This document shows, one piece after another, positions 1 to 9,054 of a DNA stretch of 64,000 bases. Numbering within the stretch: position 1 is the stretch's first letter; each line of letters opens with the position of its first letter. The stretch is from Cyanobacteria bacterium P01_A01_bin.123. GTDB lineage: Bacteria; Cyanobacteriota; Cyanobacteriia; Phormidesmidales; Phormidesmidaceae. The notes beneath the pieces were generated by a model that was given only the letters and a program-made list of their open reading frames with translations, was not told the origin of the DNA and did not search any database. Both the position numbers and the translations under genes were made by a program. Location: contig JBCBZT010000005.1 of the NCBI GenBank assembly GCA_039815185.1, forward strand, positions 64,001 through 128,000, written 5' to 3'.

Positions 1-809
1 AATTCCCCCTGAAAATCTGCCATGGTTTGCAGCTTTTGACGCTGCTGGGTAAACTCGTTCGCCTGTTGGGAGTAGCTGTTAGAACGCTCTGGGCGATAGT
101 GGTCAAACGCTAGGAAAAACTCATCCTCTTCAAGTTGGGAGGGGTTTGGCACAAGCAATCCCTGGGGGTTTTGGCGGCTGGCGGCAAATTGGCGACACCG
201 CTGCTCAAACTGATAGCGGGTCTGGCGCTGGAGTTGAATAATGGTCTCGCGTTGATCGTGGGCCACATCCTTGGTGGTCATCGTTGTTTCATGCAGGTAG
301 AAGTAGCGCCTCAGGTCTTCCCCCAAGTAGCGATCGCGTTCTGGCGGTATGGCTGTGTCGCCGTCATCTGCAAACAACACCTGCATCTGGCGCTTGAGCG
401 CGATGTGCTGAGGTGTGCCGACAAACCCCAGTACTAGCTGCTGGAGTTGGCGCACCTGGGGGGTATTGACCCGTTTTTTCGGCAGCTTCTCTAGCTGTGA
501 GACGAGCTCGCGAATCGCCCCATGGTAGGACACGTCCGTACGCCAGGGGTTGCATAAGATGTAAAAACAGCGATTGAGAACGTAGTGAAATACCTTCTCA
601 GACTCCGGTTCGGTGGCAATCTGCAACAGCGCTTCCCGCGCCTCCGGTGTGCTTGGGTTCAGCGCTTGAAAGAAAAATTTATAAAACTGATCAATTGCCT
701 GATCGGTGGGTAACGCGGTAAGACGCCTAGCGAAACCGTAGATCCGGGTTTCCTCAGGGGTATCCGGGCGCAGTGAGAAAAGTTTAGCACCATCTCCTGA
801 ATGATACAT
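1..809 (-). CDS. Conserved cyanobacterial hypothetical protein; 3' end runs off the window edge (absent from ORF track)
   Basis: Manual translation from ATG at 809 (MYHSGDGAKLFSLRPDTPEETRIYGFARRL...VLNRCFYILCNPW...NPSQL...) stays open to position 1. The LNRC..IL.N.W motif resembles a family of cyanobacterial helical hypothetical proteins. Confidence 0.75.
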   Translation of the reverse strand, partial: MYHSGDGAKLFSLRPDTPEETRIYGFARRLTALPTDQAIDQFYKFFFQALNPSTPEAREALLQIATEPESEKVFHYVLNRCFYILCNPWRTDVSYHGAIRELVSQLEKLPKKRVNTPQVRQLQQLVLGFVGTPQHIALKRQMQVLFADDGDTAIPPERDRYLGEDLRRYFYLHETTMTTKDVAHDQRETIIQLQRQTRYQFEQRCRQFAASRQNPQGLLVPNPSQLEEDEFFLAFDHYRPERSNSYSQQANEFTQQRQKLQTMADFQGE

Positions 810-1111
810 GACAGCCAGCACCTTGCAACACAACAGAATTCAGTATATTCTAGTAAATTCTTTGTATAAAAAATACGGTCATATTCACAATCGAGATAAT
901 CAGTACATACACAAGCGTAAAACCTTACTCAAATCAAAAGCTTACCCAGATCGGGTAGCTAAATGAACCCAAAGCAATCAGGCTCAATCCTTGTATCTGG
1001 TTTTGAATGTGATCCACGTCATTCATCTTGTAAGAAAAAGTGGGGAAAAAGCCTTTATGTGCCAGATTACGGACTGTCTTAGTTAGAAAAAAGCATTTTT
1101 AAGCACAATCA

Positions 1112-3973
1112 TTAAATAATGGCCCCTTGTCTAGCCAGTATGCGCTTTTCCACTTCAGAGAGCCCTTGTACCTGCTTGAGATTGAGCCCGGCATAAAAGG
1201 GTTGGTCGGTTTCAGCAGTTGTGATGGGCAAACTGGTGAATTTGCGTAACGGTTTACCACTCAGGGTTTCCCAAAGGGTTATGCCAAACCGAGTCCGGGT
1301 TAGCAGAACCTGCCCATCCCCACTAAAAACCAAGACAGAGGCAGACTGTTCAAATCCTGAAAGCGTTTGTAATGGGGCTTGACCCGGTTGGCTTAAATCC
1401 CAAATTTGAACCGTCCTGTTCTGGCCGCTGCTAGCCAAGAAGCGCCCGTTAGGACTGAAGGCAACGGTTACCACGTAGTCGCCATCGTCGCCTGTGTGGG
1501 ATAACACGCGAGAATCGGCTGGGGTCTGATCAAGACTCTCAATATGAATGCTGCGGTCATTGTACTCAGCCCATAAAACCCGTTCACGGGCGAGACAAAG
1601 GGTGGCTCGAATGGTGTAGTAAGCAGTCGAATGAATGGTTTGAATTGGGCGATCGCGGTCAATGTCCCAGATGAATGTCTTGCTATCGTCCCCACAGCTA
1701 ATCAAGTAGCGTGCTTCTAAATCGGCAGGGCTAAAGGTGAGGTGATGAACGCTGTCGCTGTGGGCACTGAAGACTTGCTTCGGTAGCCCAGTGGCACACT
1801 CCCAGATGACAATGGCACCATCTTGTCGGCCCGCAGCCAGGTAAACCCCATCGGGGCTAACTTGTAGGCAGGTGACGGGGCTGGGGTGATCCATTTCAAA
1901 GGGCATGGGATCAGATGAGCGCAACACATCCCAATAAAACTGAACCTGCCCCTGATCGTTGGCTACGACTAAAGCCCCTGAGTCTGGACAAAAGGCTAAT
2001 GCCTTAACGGGGTGACCATCGCCCGATAAAAAATTGATCAGCGCTAGCCGCTGCTGGGGCGCATATTGCCACACCCACACCCCACCCGTGGCATCACCAA
2101 TGGCCAATGTGCTGCCATCAGCGCTAATCGCGCCACAGATATCACCCCGTAGTCCAGGGGTAAAGATAATATCTTCCAACTGGGCTCGGGCGAAGTTCAC
2201 GCTGCGCACCAAGTTCCGGCGTAAATCAGCTTGGGCAATGTGCAACTCCGTTAACTCCCAATCACGGAGGTCTAGGTTGAGCGCGATCGCCAGGTTAATC
2301 AAGTTGCCTGCCGCATAGCTCCGCTGTTGGGGGTGTTGTCTCAGGTCCTCCAGTAGGGCTTCGAGGGCTTGTTTAAGCACACCTAGATCAGTGCCAATCT
2401 GATATCGTACGGCCCGCACAATTGCCTGCACGATTAGCTTGTTATGGGTTTGACGGGCCTGTTCAGCTGCCGTTGCCAACAAGATGGGATGACTATGGAG
2501 TAATTGAGGACGGCAGTCGAGCACCTCTTGAGAGACAATTGTGGCCAATCGTTCCAAAATCAACGGTCGCAACAGGGGCGGGGTGGGATAAATCAGTGAT
2601 GATGCCGGGTCTTCAATAATCAGATGGCGGCAGGTTAGCGATCGCAATACCCAACCGATAGAAATATTTTGTTCAGTGGTCTTTAACCGCTCCCGCAGCT
2701 TTTGACGGGGTTGAGGAGATAACGCTAACCAATACAAAACGGCTTGCTCGGCTACCAGCAGATCCCGGAAGGGGGACAAGAGCCGATCACTCAATCTCGT
2801 CAGGCTTTCAAGGTTTTCAGGTTTGAGCAGATGCTCTATGTTGCCATTGTGAAAGCGCTGAATTTCATTGACTGTGCCTTGTAGAAGTTCTGGATTGCCT
2901 GCACAAAGCGTGACTAATTCTTGACGGGTTTGGGGTGCCCCTTCTAAGTCAGGGAGGGTTGCCAACCATTGCAGCGCATCGGTTTCTGAAAACCCTGAAA
3001 TGGTCGCTTCAAAATACCGATTATCTGTACCCAATAAATTAGGTCTGACACGGCTAACCCAAATCACACAGCTCCGGTGATAACGCTCTGTCAACGCATC
3101 AAGTAATAGGGGGTAGCCCTGCTTTTCGCGATCGCGTTCACCAGTCCTTAGGGTCAGCACGTCCAGCGGCACGTCGAGTTCTTCAGCTTGATCCAAAACA
3201 ATCAAATACCGTTCTTGCCCCAACTGCCTAATCAATTGATCGACTAAGGCTGGTTCATTCGGCAAGTGTGTTGAGTCAATCGGCACTTGTAGAAACGCCA
3301 TAAACTCTCGATAGAGGTCAGCGACTGTTGCAACTCGATTAGCTCTGCGATAGAACACAGGGCGATCTGCCGGGATATCTCGCAATAGCTTTCCGAGTAA
3401 CCAGGTTTTACCCGAACCGCTGGGGCCATTGAGCACAACTAGCCGATGGTGATTAGCCGTCAAAATCGGTTGCAGTTCTACCAACTCTTGAGTTCGACCG
3501 TAGAAGGCCGGATTGTCGCAGGTGAGTTCTTGAATGTCTCTTTTGGGAGGCGATGGCGTTGCCAAAGGCTGGCTTTCAACGATGGGATTAACCCGCAGCG
3601 TTGACGTCGAAAAAGATGGTTGGCTATTAATCTCGGGGGAGGACCTTGACAATGGCTGTGACTTCTCAAACATCAAAGTCTCAACCGTGCTGCGAAAGGT
3701 ATATTTCGTTAAGCGTTGTTGATTCCAAGCCTTTTTGAGTGATTTCCAAAGCTTTGGTGCGGCATCCCTTTGGAGGGTACCTGGTGAGTAGCTACACTCC
3801 TCAGGACAAAAACCAGGAACATCGTCGTATCTCAAGTCTTTCCAAGCGGCTAACAAGACACAGCGCTCAGTCCGTTTTAGCCCCCTGCCTTCATGCTGTT
3901 GCAGCGTTTCAGCGACATACCGTAGAACGGATTGAAACTCCTCGTTGTCCATAATCTCACGTATCTGACGCAT
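1112..3973 (-). CDS. STAND NTPase (NB-ARC/NACHT-like) with N-terminal HTH-like domain and C-terminal WD40 repeats
   Basis: Walker A GPSGSGKT, Walker B LIVLDQAE, GNP motif, SYAAGNLINL followed by a pentapeptide-like stretch, and WD repeats (VAFSPNGRFLASSGQNRTVQIWD). The N-terminal 'VLLAAW..Y...LWKSL...TK.TFR' pattern is typical of cyanobacterial HTH-STAND-WD40 proteins. Confidence 0.9.
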   Translation of the reverse strand: MRQIREIMDNEEFQSVLRYVAETLQQHEGRGLKRTERCVLLAAWKDLRYDDVPGFCPEECSYSPGTLQRDAAPKLWKSLKKAWNQQRLTKYTFRSTVETLMFEKSQPLSRSSPEINSQPSFSTSTLRVNPIVESQPLATPSPPKRDIQELTCDNPAFYGRTQELVELQPILTANHHRLVVLNGPSGSGKTWLLGKLLRDIPADRPVFYRRANRVATVADLYREFMAFLQVPIDSTHLPNEPALVDQLIRQLGQERYLIVLDQAEELDVPLDVLTLRTGERDREKQGYPLLLDALTERYHRSCVIWVSRVRPNLLGTDNRYFEATISGFSETDALQWLATLPDLEGAPQTRQELVTLCAGNPELLQGTVNEIQRFHNGNIEHLLKPENLESLTRLSDRLLSPFRDLLVAEQAVLYWLALSPQPRQKLRERLKTTEQNISIGWVLRSLTCRHLIIEDPASSLIYPTPPLLRPLILERLATIVSQEVLDCRPQLLHSHPILLATAAEQARQTHNKLIVQAIVRAVRYQIGTDLGVLKQALEALLEDLRQHPQQRSYAAGNLINLAIALNLDLRDWELTELHIAQADLRRNLVRSVNFARAQLEDIIFTPGLRGDICGAISADGSTLAIGDATGGVWVWQYAPQQRLALINFLSGDGHPVKALAFCPDSGALVVANDQGQVQFYWDVLRSSDPMPFEMDHPSPVTCLQVSPDGVYLAAGRQDGAIVIWECATGLPKQVFSAHSDSVHHLTFSPADLEARYLISCGDDSKTFIWDIDRDRPIQTIHSTAYYTIRATLCLARERVLWAEYNDRSIHIESLDQTPADSRVLSHTGDDGDYVVTVAFSPNGRFLASSGQNRTVQIWDLSQPGQAPLQTLSGFEQSASVLVFSGDGQVLLTRTRFGITLWETLSGKPLRKFTSLPITTAETDQPFYAGLNLKQVQGLSEVEKRILARQGAII

Positions 3974-3980
3974 ACAGACT

Positions 3981-4296
3981 CTGACCTAGTAAAGAGTCTA
4001 ACGTGAAGTCACTGACTTTTGCTGACTTTTGAACAACTAACCTCTGCCCAAAACCGATTTTCACCGTCTTCACAACTGACTTTTTGTTAGGAGGTCAGTT
4101 ATTTTATCTGAGGACTTACTGACTCTATGCCCTGATCTCCTTCATGGAGTCATACATTTCCCTGCTTTACTTCTAAAAGAGCAGGGCTCCCTTTTACGCC
4201 TGTTATAAGTATTTTCCCTCAATTTTCTTAACTCTCTACTAACTTTCACTGACCTTTTTGATAACTTTCACTGACCTTTTTGTTGACTTTCACTGA
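3981..4296. promoter_or_regulatory. Cluster of CTGAC(T/C)TT motifs, including a 22-bp tandem repeat, upstream of the STAND-WD40 gene
   Basis: CTGAC at 3981, 4012, 4022, 4076, 4119, 4249 and 4271, with variants at 4239, 4283 and 4293. AACTTTCACTGACCTTTTTG(A/T)T occurs at 4241-4262 and 4263-4284, plus a partial third copy. Confidence 0.55.
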
Positions 4297-4382
4297 TGAC
4301 GTTTAATGCTGGCAAATGTAGGATGTTAAATGATAGAGGGTTATATTATGGATCTAGAACGTAAACTTCTAATAGTTTATGC

Positions 4383-4424
4383 ATGCAATCAAGGAACATA
4401 TAAATGCAATCAAGGAACATATAA
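4383..4424. repeat. Perfect 21-bp tandem duplication ATGCAATCAAGGAACATATAA x2
   Basis: Read directly at 4383-4403 and 4404-4424. Confidence 0.95.
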
Positions 4425-4557
4425 GTTCTGATTGGGCAAGAATGTATAGCCCGCAAGCGCTTTTGGCTAAAGGTAGAATCTTGTTTTTTGTAAGGTTCTT
4501 TCTTGATTTGCATTTTACGGAAAGTTGCAGCCACTATTATGTTGTCTTTGAAGTAGA

Positions 4558-4917
4558 ATGATGGCTATTCTCTCTGGTAAGGATAATTTGAACAGTGTTG
4601 ATTACAGTGGCCTTGTTAAGGCTATTGTCACGCTAAATTTAAGAGAGCAACCTTCGTTGTATTTGGACACTGTTAAGCCTACCGATTTTTCTTCCCGATA
4701 CGCTTACAGACAGGCTCTTATTGATAAGCAAAACTTTTATACTGGTGAGTTGATTCAAAAAGTTAGGAAAGAATTGCAGAATATCGTTCCAAAAGTTTTC
4801 GGCGGTTCTTCAAGTTCAGTGTTTGTTATAGAGGGAACCATATCGCAAGTGGCGCAAGTAGAAGCGCTAGAAAGCGTAAAGCGAGTAGTGCTGGATGCAC
4901 CAATCCAGATGCATTGA
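4558..4917 (+). CDS. Small stand-alone protein homologous to the N-terminal domain of the neighbouring NACHT protein; putative subtilase-prodomain/I9-inhibitor-like
   Basis: KPTDFSSRYAYRQALIDKQ...GGSSSSVFVIEGTISQV...L..VKRVVLDAPI aligns by eye with NACHT DPKNYKSRKAYREAAISRQ...GGQTSNVVTARGTVEQF...LPGIIKGKLDEDI. Confidence 0.75.
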   Translation: MMAILSGKDNLNSVDYSGLVKAIVTLNLREQPSLYLDTVKPTDFSSRYAYRQALIDKQNFYTGELIQKVRKELQNIVPKVFGGSSSSVFVIEGTISQVAQVEALESVKRVVLDAPIQMH

Positions 4918-5294
4918 ATAGTTCAATAAAGAAGTGCTTACCTTCCGCAATGTTGATTTTCCTTGCTAATTAGGAGGACTTCAGATTGTCTACGGGAAAC
5001 TGAATCTTATATCTACGGCGTACTAAGAGGCAGTTAGGGCATTATCCAAATCACTAGTTCATAGTTCATCTTTGATAGGAGTTTTTGCCTCAGTGTCCCT
5101 GGTCTCTTAGAGAGCGATAAGTGTCTGAATCGCTTATACGGCAGGCACCTTGAGTGATTTCGGTAAAACCTCTGGAAGCGCTTACTCCTTAATGCTTTAT
5201 GACTCCTGTCATCCGTTAGCAGATCAGTTGCCAACTCAGAATATCCTAAATGACTTTTTGCGATAGTATATGCTTTTTTGAGCAGATGGTGTGA

Positions 5295-6212
5295 TCATCC
5301 GTACGAGCTGATGCCAAAAGCGATGTAGTTGTATGGAATAAGCTGATCCCGACCGTAGTCTTTAACAATTTGTCCAGTGGTCGCGTCGTAGACCCAGTCT
5401 TTCCAATCCCAAGCGCGCTTCAAAGCCTCGGGAATCTGGACAGCGACATAAACGCCTTGAGCAAGTTGAGCCCCCATTGGGTTATTCCCAAAATCTAAGC
5501 CAATCTGGATATCCTGGACAGCAACATTTTTACGGCGCTTTGCAATTGACTTGGTCAAACCAACAGCCATCTCCGACAAAGGTCTTATAGCTGGTTGAAC
5601 GGTGGTAGCGAGCTGCAACCCTGCTTTGAATGCATCGGATTCGAGAAACTTAATGGCTTGCTCATCTTCTTCATTTTTTACATTGACGGTAAAGCATTTG
5701 AGAATTAGGCCGTCGTTGCCGATATTTATACCGAGAAATATTGGATAGTTTAAGATAGCTGCGCGTTCTCCCTCACGTACTCGATATGTACTGTTGAAAT
5801 GCAAATGCTCCGTGGCTTCGGGAAGAACATTCTGAGCATAAAAATCAAAAAGAATTTGATGGGTTCCACTACCTGGGTAAGACGCAACTCTCAATGCGTT
5901 AAGTGTGACTTTGATCTGGCGACCTTTTAAGGATAAGTCAGATGAAACATTGCTGGCAGAGCTAATAGGTATATCTCGGTTGTCAGCAATATCTGGAGGG
6001 ATATAACCGAACGTATAGGCTGTGTGTTGCCAAAGTCTGTTCTGAAAAGGCCAGGGCCTGCCTAAGCTCAATATTGTTACTTTTTCATCAGTAACTTCTT
6101 CTAGCGCCTCTGCTGAAACTTCGTCGCCCATCTCATATAACTTCGTTGCTGCCTGCTCAGGAGACATATTAGCAATTACGCATAAATCATCAAACCATTG
6201 ACTCGAAATCAT
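5295..6212 (-). CDS. Hypothetical protein (305 aa), last co-oriented gene of the S8-NACHT run
   Basis: Long clean ORF with an acidic N-terminus, beta-rich core and an amphipathic helical pair (AGLQLATTVQPAIRPLSEMAVGLTKSIA). No catalytic motif recognised. Confidence 0.8.
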   Translation of the reverse strand: MISSQWFDDLCVIANMSPEQAATKLYEMGDEVSAEALEEVTDEKVTILSLGRPWPFQNRLWQHTAYTFGYIPPDIADNRDIPISSASNVSSDLSLKGRQIKVTLNALRVASYPGSGTHQILFDFYAQNVLPEATEHLHFNSTYRVREGERAAILNYPIFLGINIGNDGLILKCFTVNVKNEEDEQAIKFLESDAFKAGLQLATTVQPAIRPLSEMAVGLTKSIAKRRKNVAVQDIQIGLDFGNNPMGAQLAQGVYVAVQIPEALKRAWDWKDWVYDATTGQIVKDYGRDQLIPYNYIAFGISSYG

Positions 6213-6213
6213 T

Positions 6214-6249
6214 GATTTTATTTTAAGAAACGATTTTATTTTAAGAAAC
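6214..6249. repeat. Perfect 18-bp tandem duplication GATTTTATTTTAAGAAAC x2 immediately upstream of the 305-aa gene start
   Basis: Read directly at 6214-6231 and 6232-6249. Confidence 0.95.
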
Positions 6250-6357
6250 GTTTGAAGGTATTTTATACGGATAGATAGATTCTGTACTCAATTTTCAATC
6301 TACTTCTACGTGTGGTTGCGCTTTGTAATTTTTAGAACACGGCATATCTATTTTAAG

Positions 6358-9051
6358 CTAGCAAACTGTTATCATTTTAGCTCTAACTTCTTCAACAATC
6401 TTAGTTGAGACACGAGAAGCGGCTTTAATACATAGCGACAAGATGTAGTTAGCATAAAAATACTGCTCTATATGTACTGATTCCTCTAAGCTGATTGATG
6501 TAATGTGTTTTGGCAAGTCAAAAAGTTCAATGCAAATTTGCTTCAATGAGTTAGAGGCCATATCAATATATTCAACGAGATGCCTTCTTCTCAATGTCTT
6601 TTCGGATTCAGATACTGGTCTTTGGCTGCTAGGCAAAGTGATGGTCAAATTCTCCAAACCAGGTAAAATATCGTGAAGTTTAGCTTCTCTAAATATAGAA
6701 ATGTGAGTTGATCTTTGAACTTGCTCCTTGGACATGTGATGTATACTCTGCATAGCATTTTTGATCTTTTGATTGCGATGCTGACGCAACTCTTTCTGTA
6801 AGGTTTTGGTTCTATCCAAAGCTAAGCTAAGCGTTCTTTCAATCTCCGATATGCGTGACAAGTGTAGTTTATTGTTGCTTATTCCATCTCTTGCAATTTC
6901 GCTAACAGTTACAAGCAAATCAACGATACTTCTCAAAATCACAAAATCACTAGAAAGTTCTGTTTCATAAGGGAATCTTGCTTCGTATGGCCAATGTTGT
7001 GACCAATAGATTGACGAGTTAATATTCTTTTTTAAATCTTGATTTTTCTCTTCTACTACCAAATAATCTAATGCACATTTCAATAAAAAAGTACGTTCTT
7101 TAAGCCCCGCATAATTCTCTCTACTATGATGGCTACATTTCTCTGATGCCCAAGAAAGAAGACTTGTTAACTTGTCAATCTTAGCTAAGGTCTTTGTTTC
7201 ATCGAGAATGCACCGGATCATCTCATCTGCTCCTGGATTGAATAGCATGAGTCCAGAAACAAGAGGAAACACTGAACGCCAGCGTTTGTTGGTTAGACTA
7301 TCTTTAACTAACTTTTTGAATCCATATGATTCATGCACGAATTTTGCAACTAAGTACTCTTGAAAGGTTAAATGAGAAAATAAATAAATAACTTCCCCTG
7401 ATTCCGTGGAATGTTCTACCAAGATGCCTTGAGTTGTTGTCAATTCCTTCAAAACAGAGTTGCTTGTTAAGTTCAGAGGTGAGTTTCTGTTGCTATCTAT
7501 AAACTCTTGTATTTGGCCATTGAGTGAATTTTTTGTTGCAAAAAGGTGGTTGGATTTAAAGCTTTCAAATGCTATTTCTGCTAAGAGTGTCTCTTCCATA
7601 TGCAGCTCAAGCTTCTTAAAAATTCCTTGTGATTTAGCCGATTTCTCCGCTGGCCATTCCTTTAGGAGGATATGTAGTGCTTGCTTATAGAGAAAAACTC
7701 TGTTTTCGGGGAAATCACGATAGTAATCGTAGATTAAACAGAGATATGTTAGAAACAAGGGTGTCCTTGACAGTTCCCTTGCATTAGCATTCTCGGGCCT
7801 TTGCAAAAGGTTGAAGCAGTTGTCGGCTGTTTTTTCTGAGATATGCTCCTCGGAGTTGAACCATTTTCTAATAAATTTTAAAACCTTTTTATTGTCGAAA
7901 TCAACGATTCTAGCTTTGCTAAAATTATCAATGCATTCTATGTTTTCAACTGCCTGATAAGCTGCGGCCCTGCATGAAATGATTATCCTATTGTGCATGT
8001 AATTTTCGACAAGTTGTCTGATATTATCCTTTACAACTTGCAAATTTGATTCGGAAACTTCATCCAATCCGTCTAGTATGATTATTAATTTTCCAAGCCT
8101 AAGTGCAGCACTAGAAAATTCAAGGGCACAACGAATACCAACTGCTCTAAATTCTTTTGCAATAACTCTGACGATATCTGGTGTATCATTGGAGAGTTTT
8201 TTCAAGTCGAGGAAGAGTGGTACGCTATAGCTATTGTTCTCGTTCAACTTTCTGATGGAGCCTAAAGCAATCATCTTCAGAAAAATGGACTTCCCAGAAC
8301 CAGCATCCCCAAAGATAATCATGTGCTTATTTTCTTTGAAGAAGGAGAAGGCAGAAGTGCTTTCTCCTTCTCCTCGTGGCATTGGCATTCTGTTCAAAAA
8401 TGTATGCGATAATTTCTTGACAGAAGACTTTTGGAGAAAGTTGCCGACGTCGCACACTTCAATATCTGTATAAACGGAGCTTAGAGGTCTTGCGTCAGAC
8501 ATGCCTAAAACGCTTAGGCTTCCATACCTGCTCTCATATGACTCAACGAATTTTTTCGCGCCTCCATGGATAATCTGTTCATCCTCATTCAACCCCTGAA
8601 ATTCTAATAACTCTTGTATGAGATTGCTTAGCCTATCTATTACTTTATGTTGATGAGTTTGATCAATAATTATATCTTCATCAAGTTTGCCTTTGATGAT
8701 GCCAGGTAACGTCAAAACTTTTCTAAATTGTTCAACGGTTCCGCGTGCAGTAACAACATTGCTAGTTTGTCCACCTGCAAGCTCAATTGAAAACTCTTTG
8801 ATCTTATCTTTTGTTTTGCCAATGCTATGGTTAATCAACTCAGTTTGTCTAGAAATCGCAGCTTCTCGATATGCTTTTCTAGACTTGTAATTCTTAGGAT
8901 CTATACTGTCTTTATACTGAACTTCCTGGCTTATATTCCCTGTGTCAAGATGCAGAATAAGTGTCAAAAACCGATTTTTTTTGTCTTGCAAGAGGATTTC
9001 TTTGAGTTCATCATCCACTTTAGAAAGAATTGCCTTACTTATCTTTTGCAT
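6358..9051 (-). CDS. NACHT-family STAND NTPase (bacterial NLR-related) with N-terminal prodomain-like module and C-terminal helical domain
   Basis: Walker A GDAGSGKS, Walker B IIILDGLDE, IIISCR, TPLFL, winged-helix FSHLTFQEYLVA. The C-terminal YFYANYILSLC...VS pattern resembles the NCH2-type helical domain of cyanobacterial NACHTs. Confidence 0.92.
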   Translation of the reverse strand: MQKISKAILSKVDDELKEILLQDKKNRFLTLILHLDTGNISQEVQYKDSIDPKNYKSRKAYREAAISRQTELINHSIGKTKDKIKEFSIELAGGQTSNVVTARGTVEQFRKVLTLPGIIKGKLDEDIIIDQTHQHKVIDRLSNLIQELLEFQGLNEDEQIIHGGAKKFVESYESRYGSLSVLGMSDARPLSSVYTDIEVCDVGNFLQKSSVKKLSHTFLNRMPMPRGEGESTSAFSFFKENKHMIIFGDAGSGKSIFLKMIALGSIRKLNENNSYSVPLFLDLKKLSNDTPDIVRVIAKEFRAVGIRCALEFSSAALRLGKLIIILDGLDEVSESNLQVVKDNIRQLVENYMHNRIIISCRAAAYQAVENIECIDNFSKARIVDFDNKKVLKFIRKWFNSEEHISEKTADNCFNLLQRPENANARELSRTPLFLTYLCLIYDYYRDFPENRVFLYKQALHILLKEWPAEKSAKSQGIFKKLELHMEETLLAEIAFESFKSNHLFATKNSLNGQIQEFIDSNRNSPLNLTSNSVLKELTTTQGILVEHSTESGEVIYLFSHLTFQEYLVAKFVHESYGFKKLVKDSLTNKRWRSVFPLVSGLMLFNPGADEMIRCILDETKTLAKIDKLTSLLSWASEKCSHHSRENYAGLKERTFLLKCALDYLVVEEKNQDLKKNINSSIYWSQHWPYEARFPYETELSSDFVILRSIVDLLVTVSEIARDGISNNKLHLSRISEIERTLSLALDRTKTLQKELRQHRNQKIKNAMQSIHHMSKEQVQRSTHISIFREAKLHDILPGLENLTITLPSSQRPVSESEKTLRRRHLVEYIDMASNSLKQICIELFDLPKHITSISLEESVHIEQYFYANYILSLCIKAASRVSTKIVEEVRAKMITVC

Positions 9052-9054
9052 AAC

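Noticed and set aside
135..555. ORF-track entries 135..437(+) and 364..555(-)
   Set aside because: Shadows of the longer minus-strand CDS 1..809.
4241..4424. Short direct repeats as a possible CRISPR array
   Set aside because: Units are directly adjacent with no unique spacers, there are only 2-3 copies, and no cas genes are present.
5034..5234. 66-aa minus-strand ORF or possible IS/MITE end inside the island
   Set aside because: Basic, low-information translation with a TTG start. It loosely resembles cyanobacterial intergenic repeat DNA, but I found no partner inverted repeat or target duplication.
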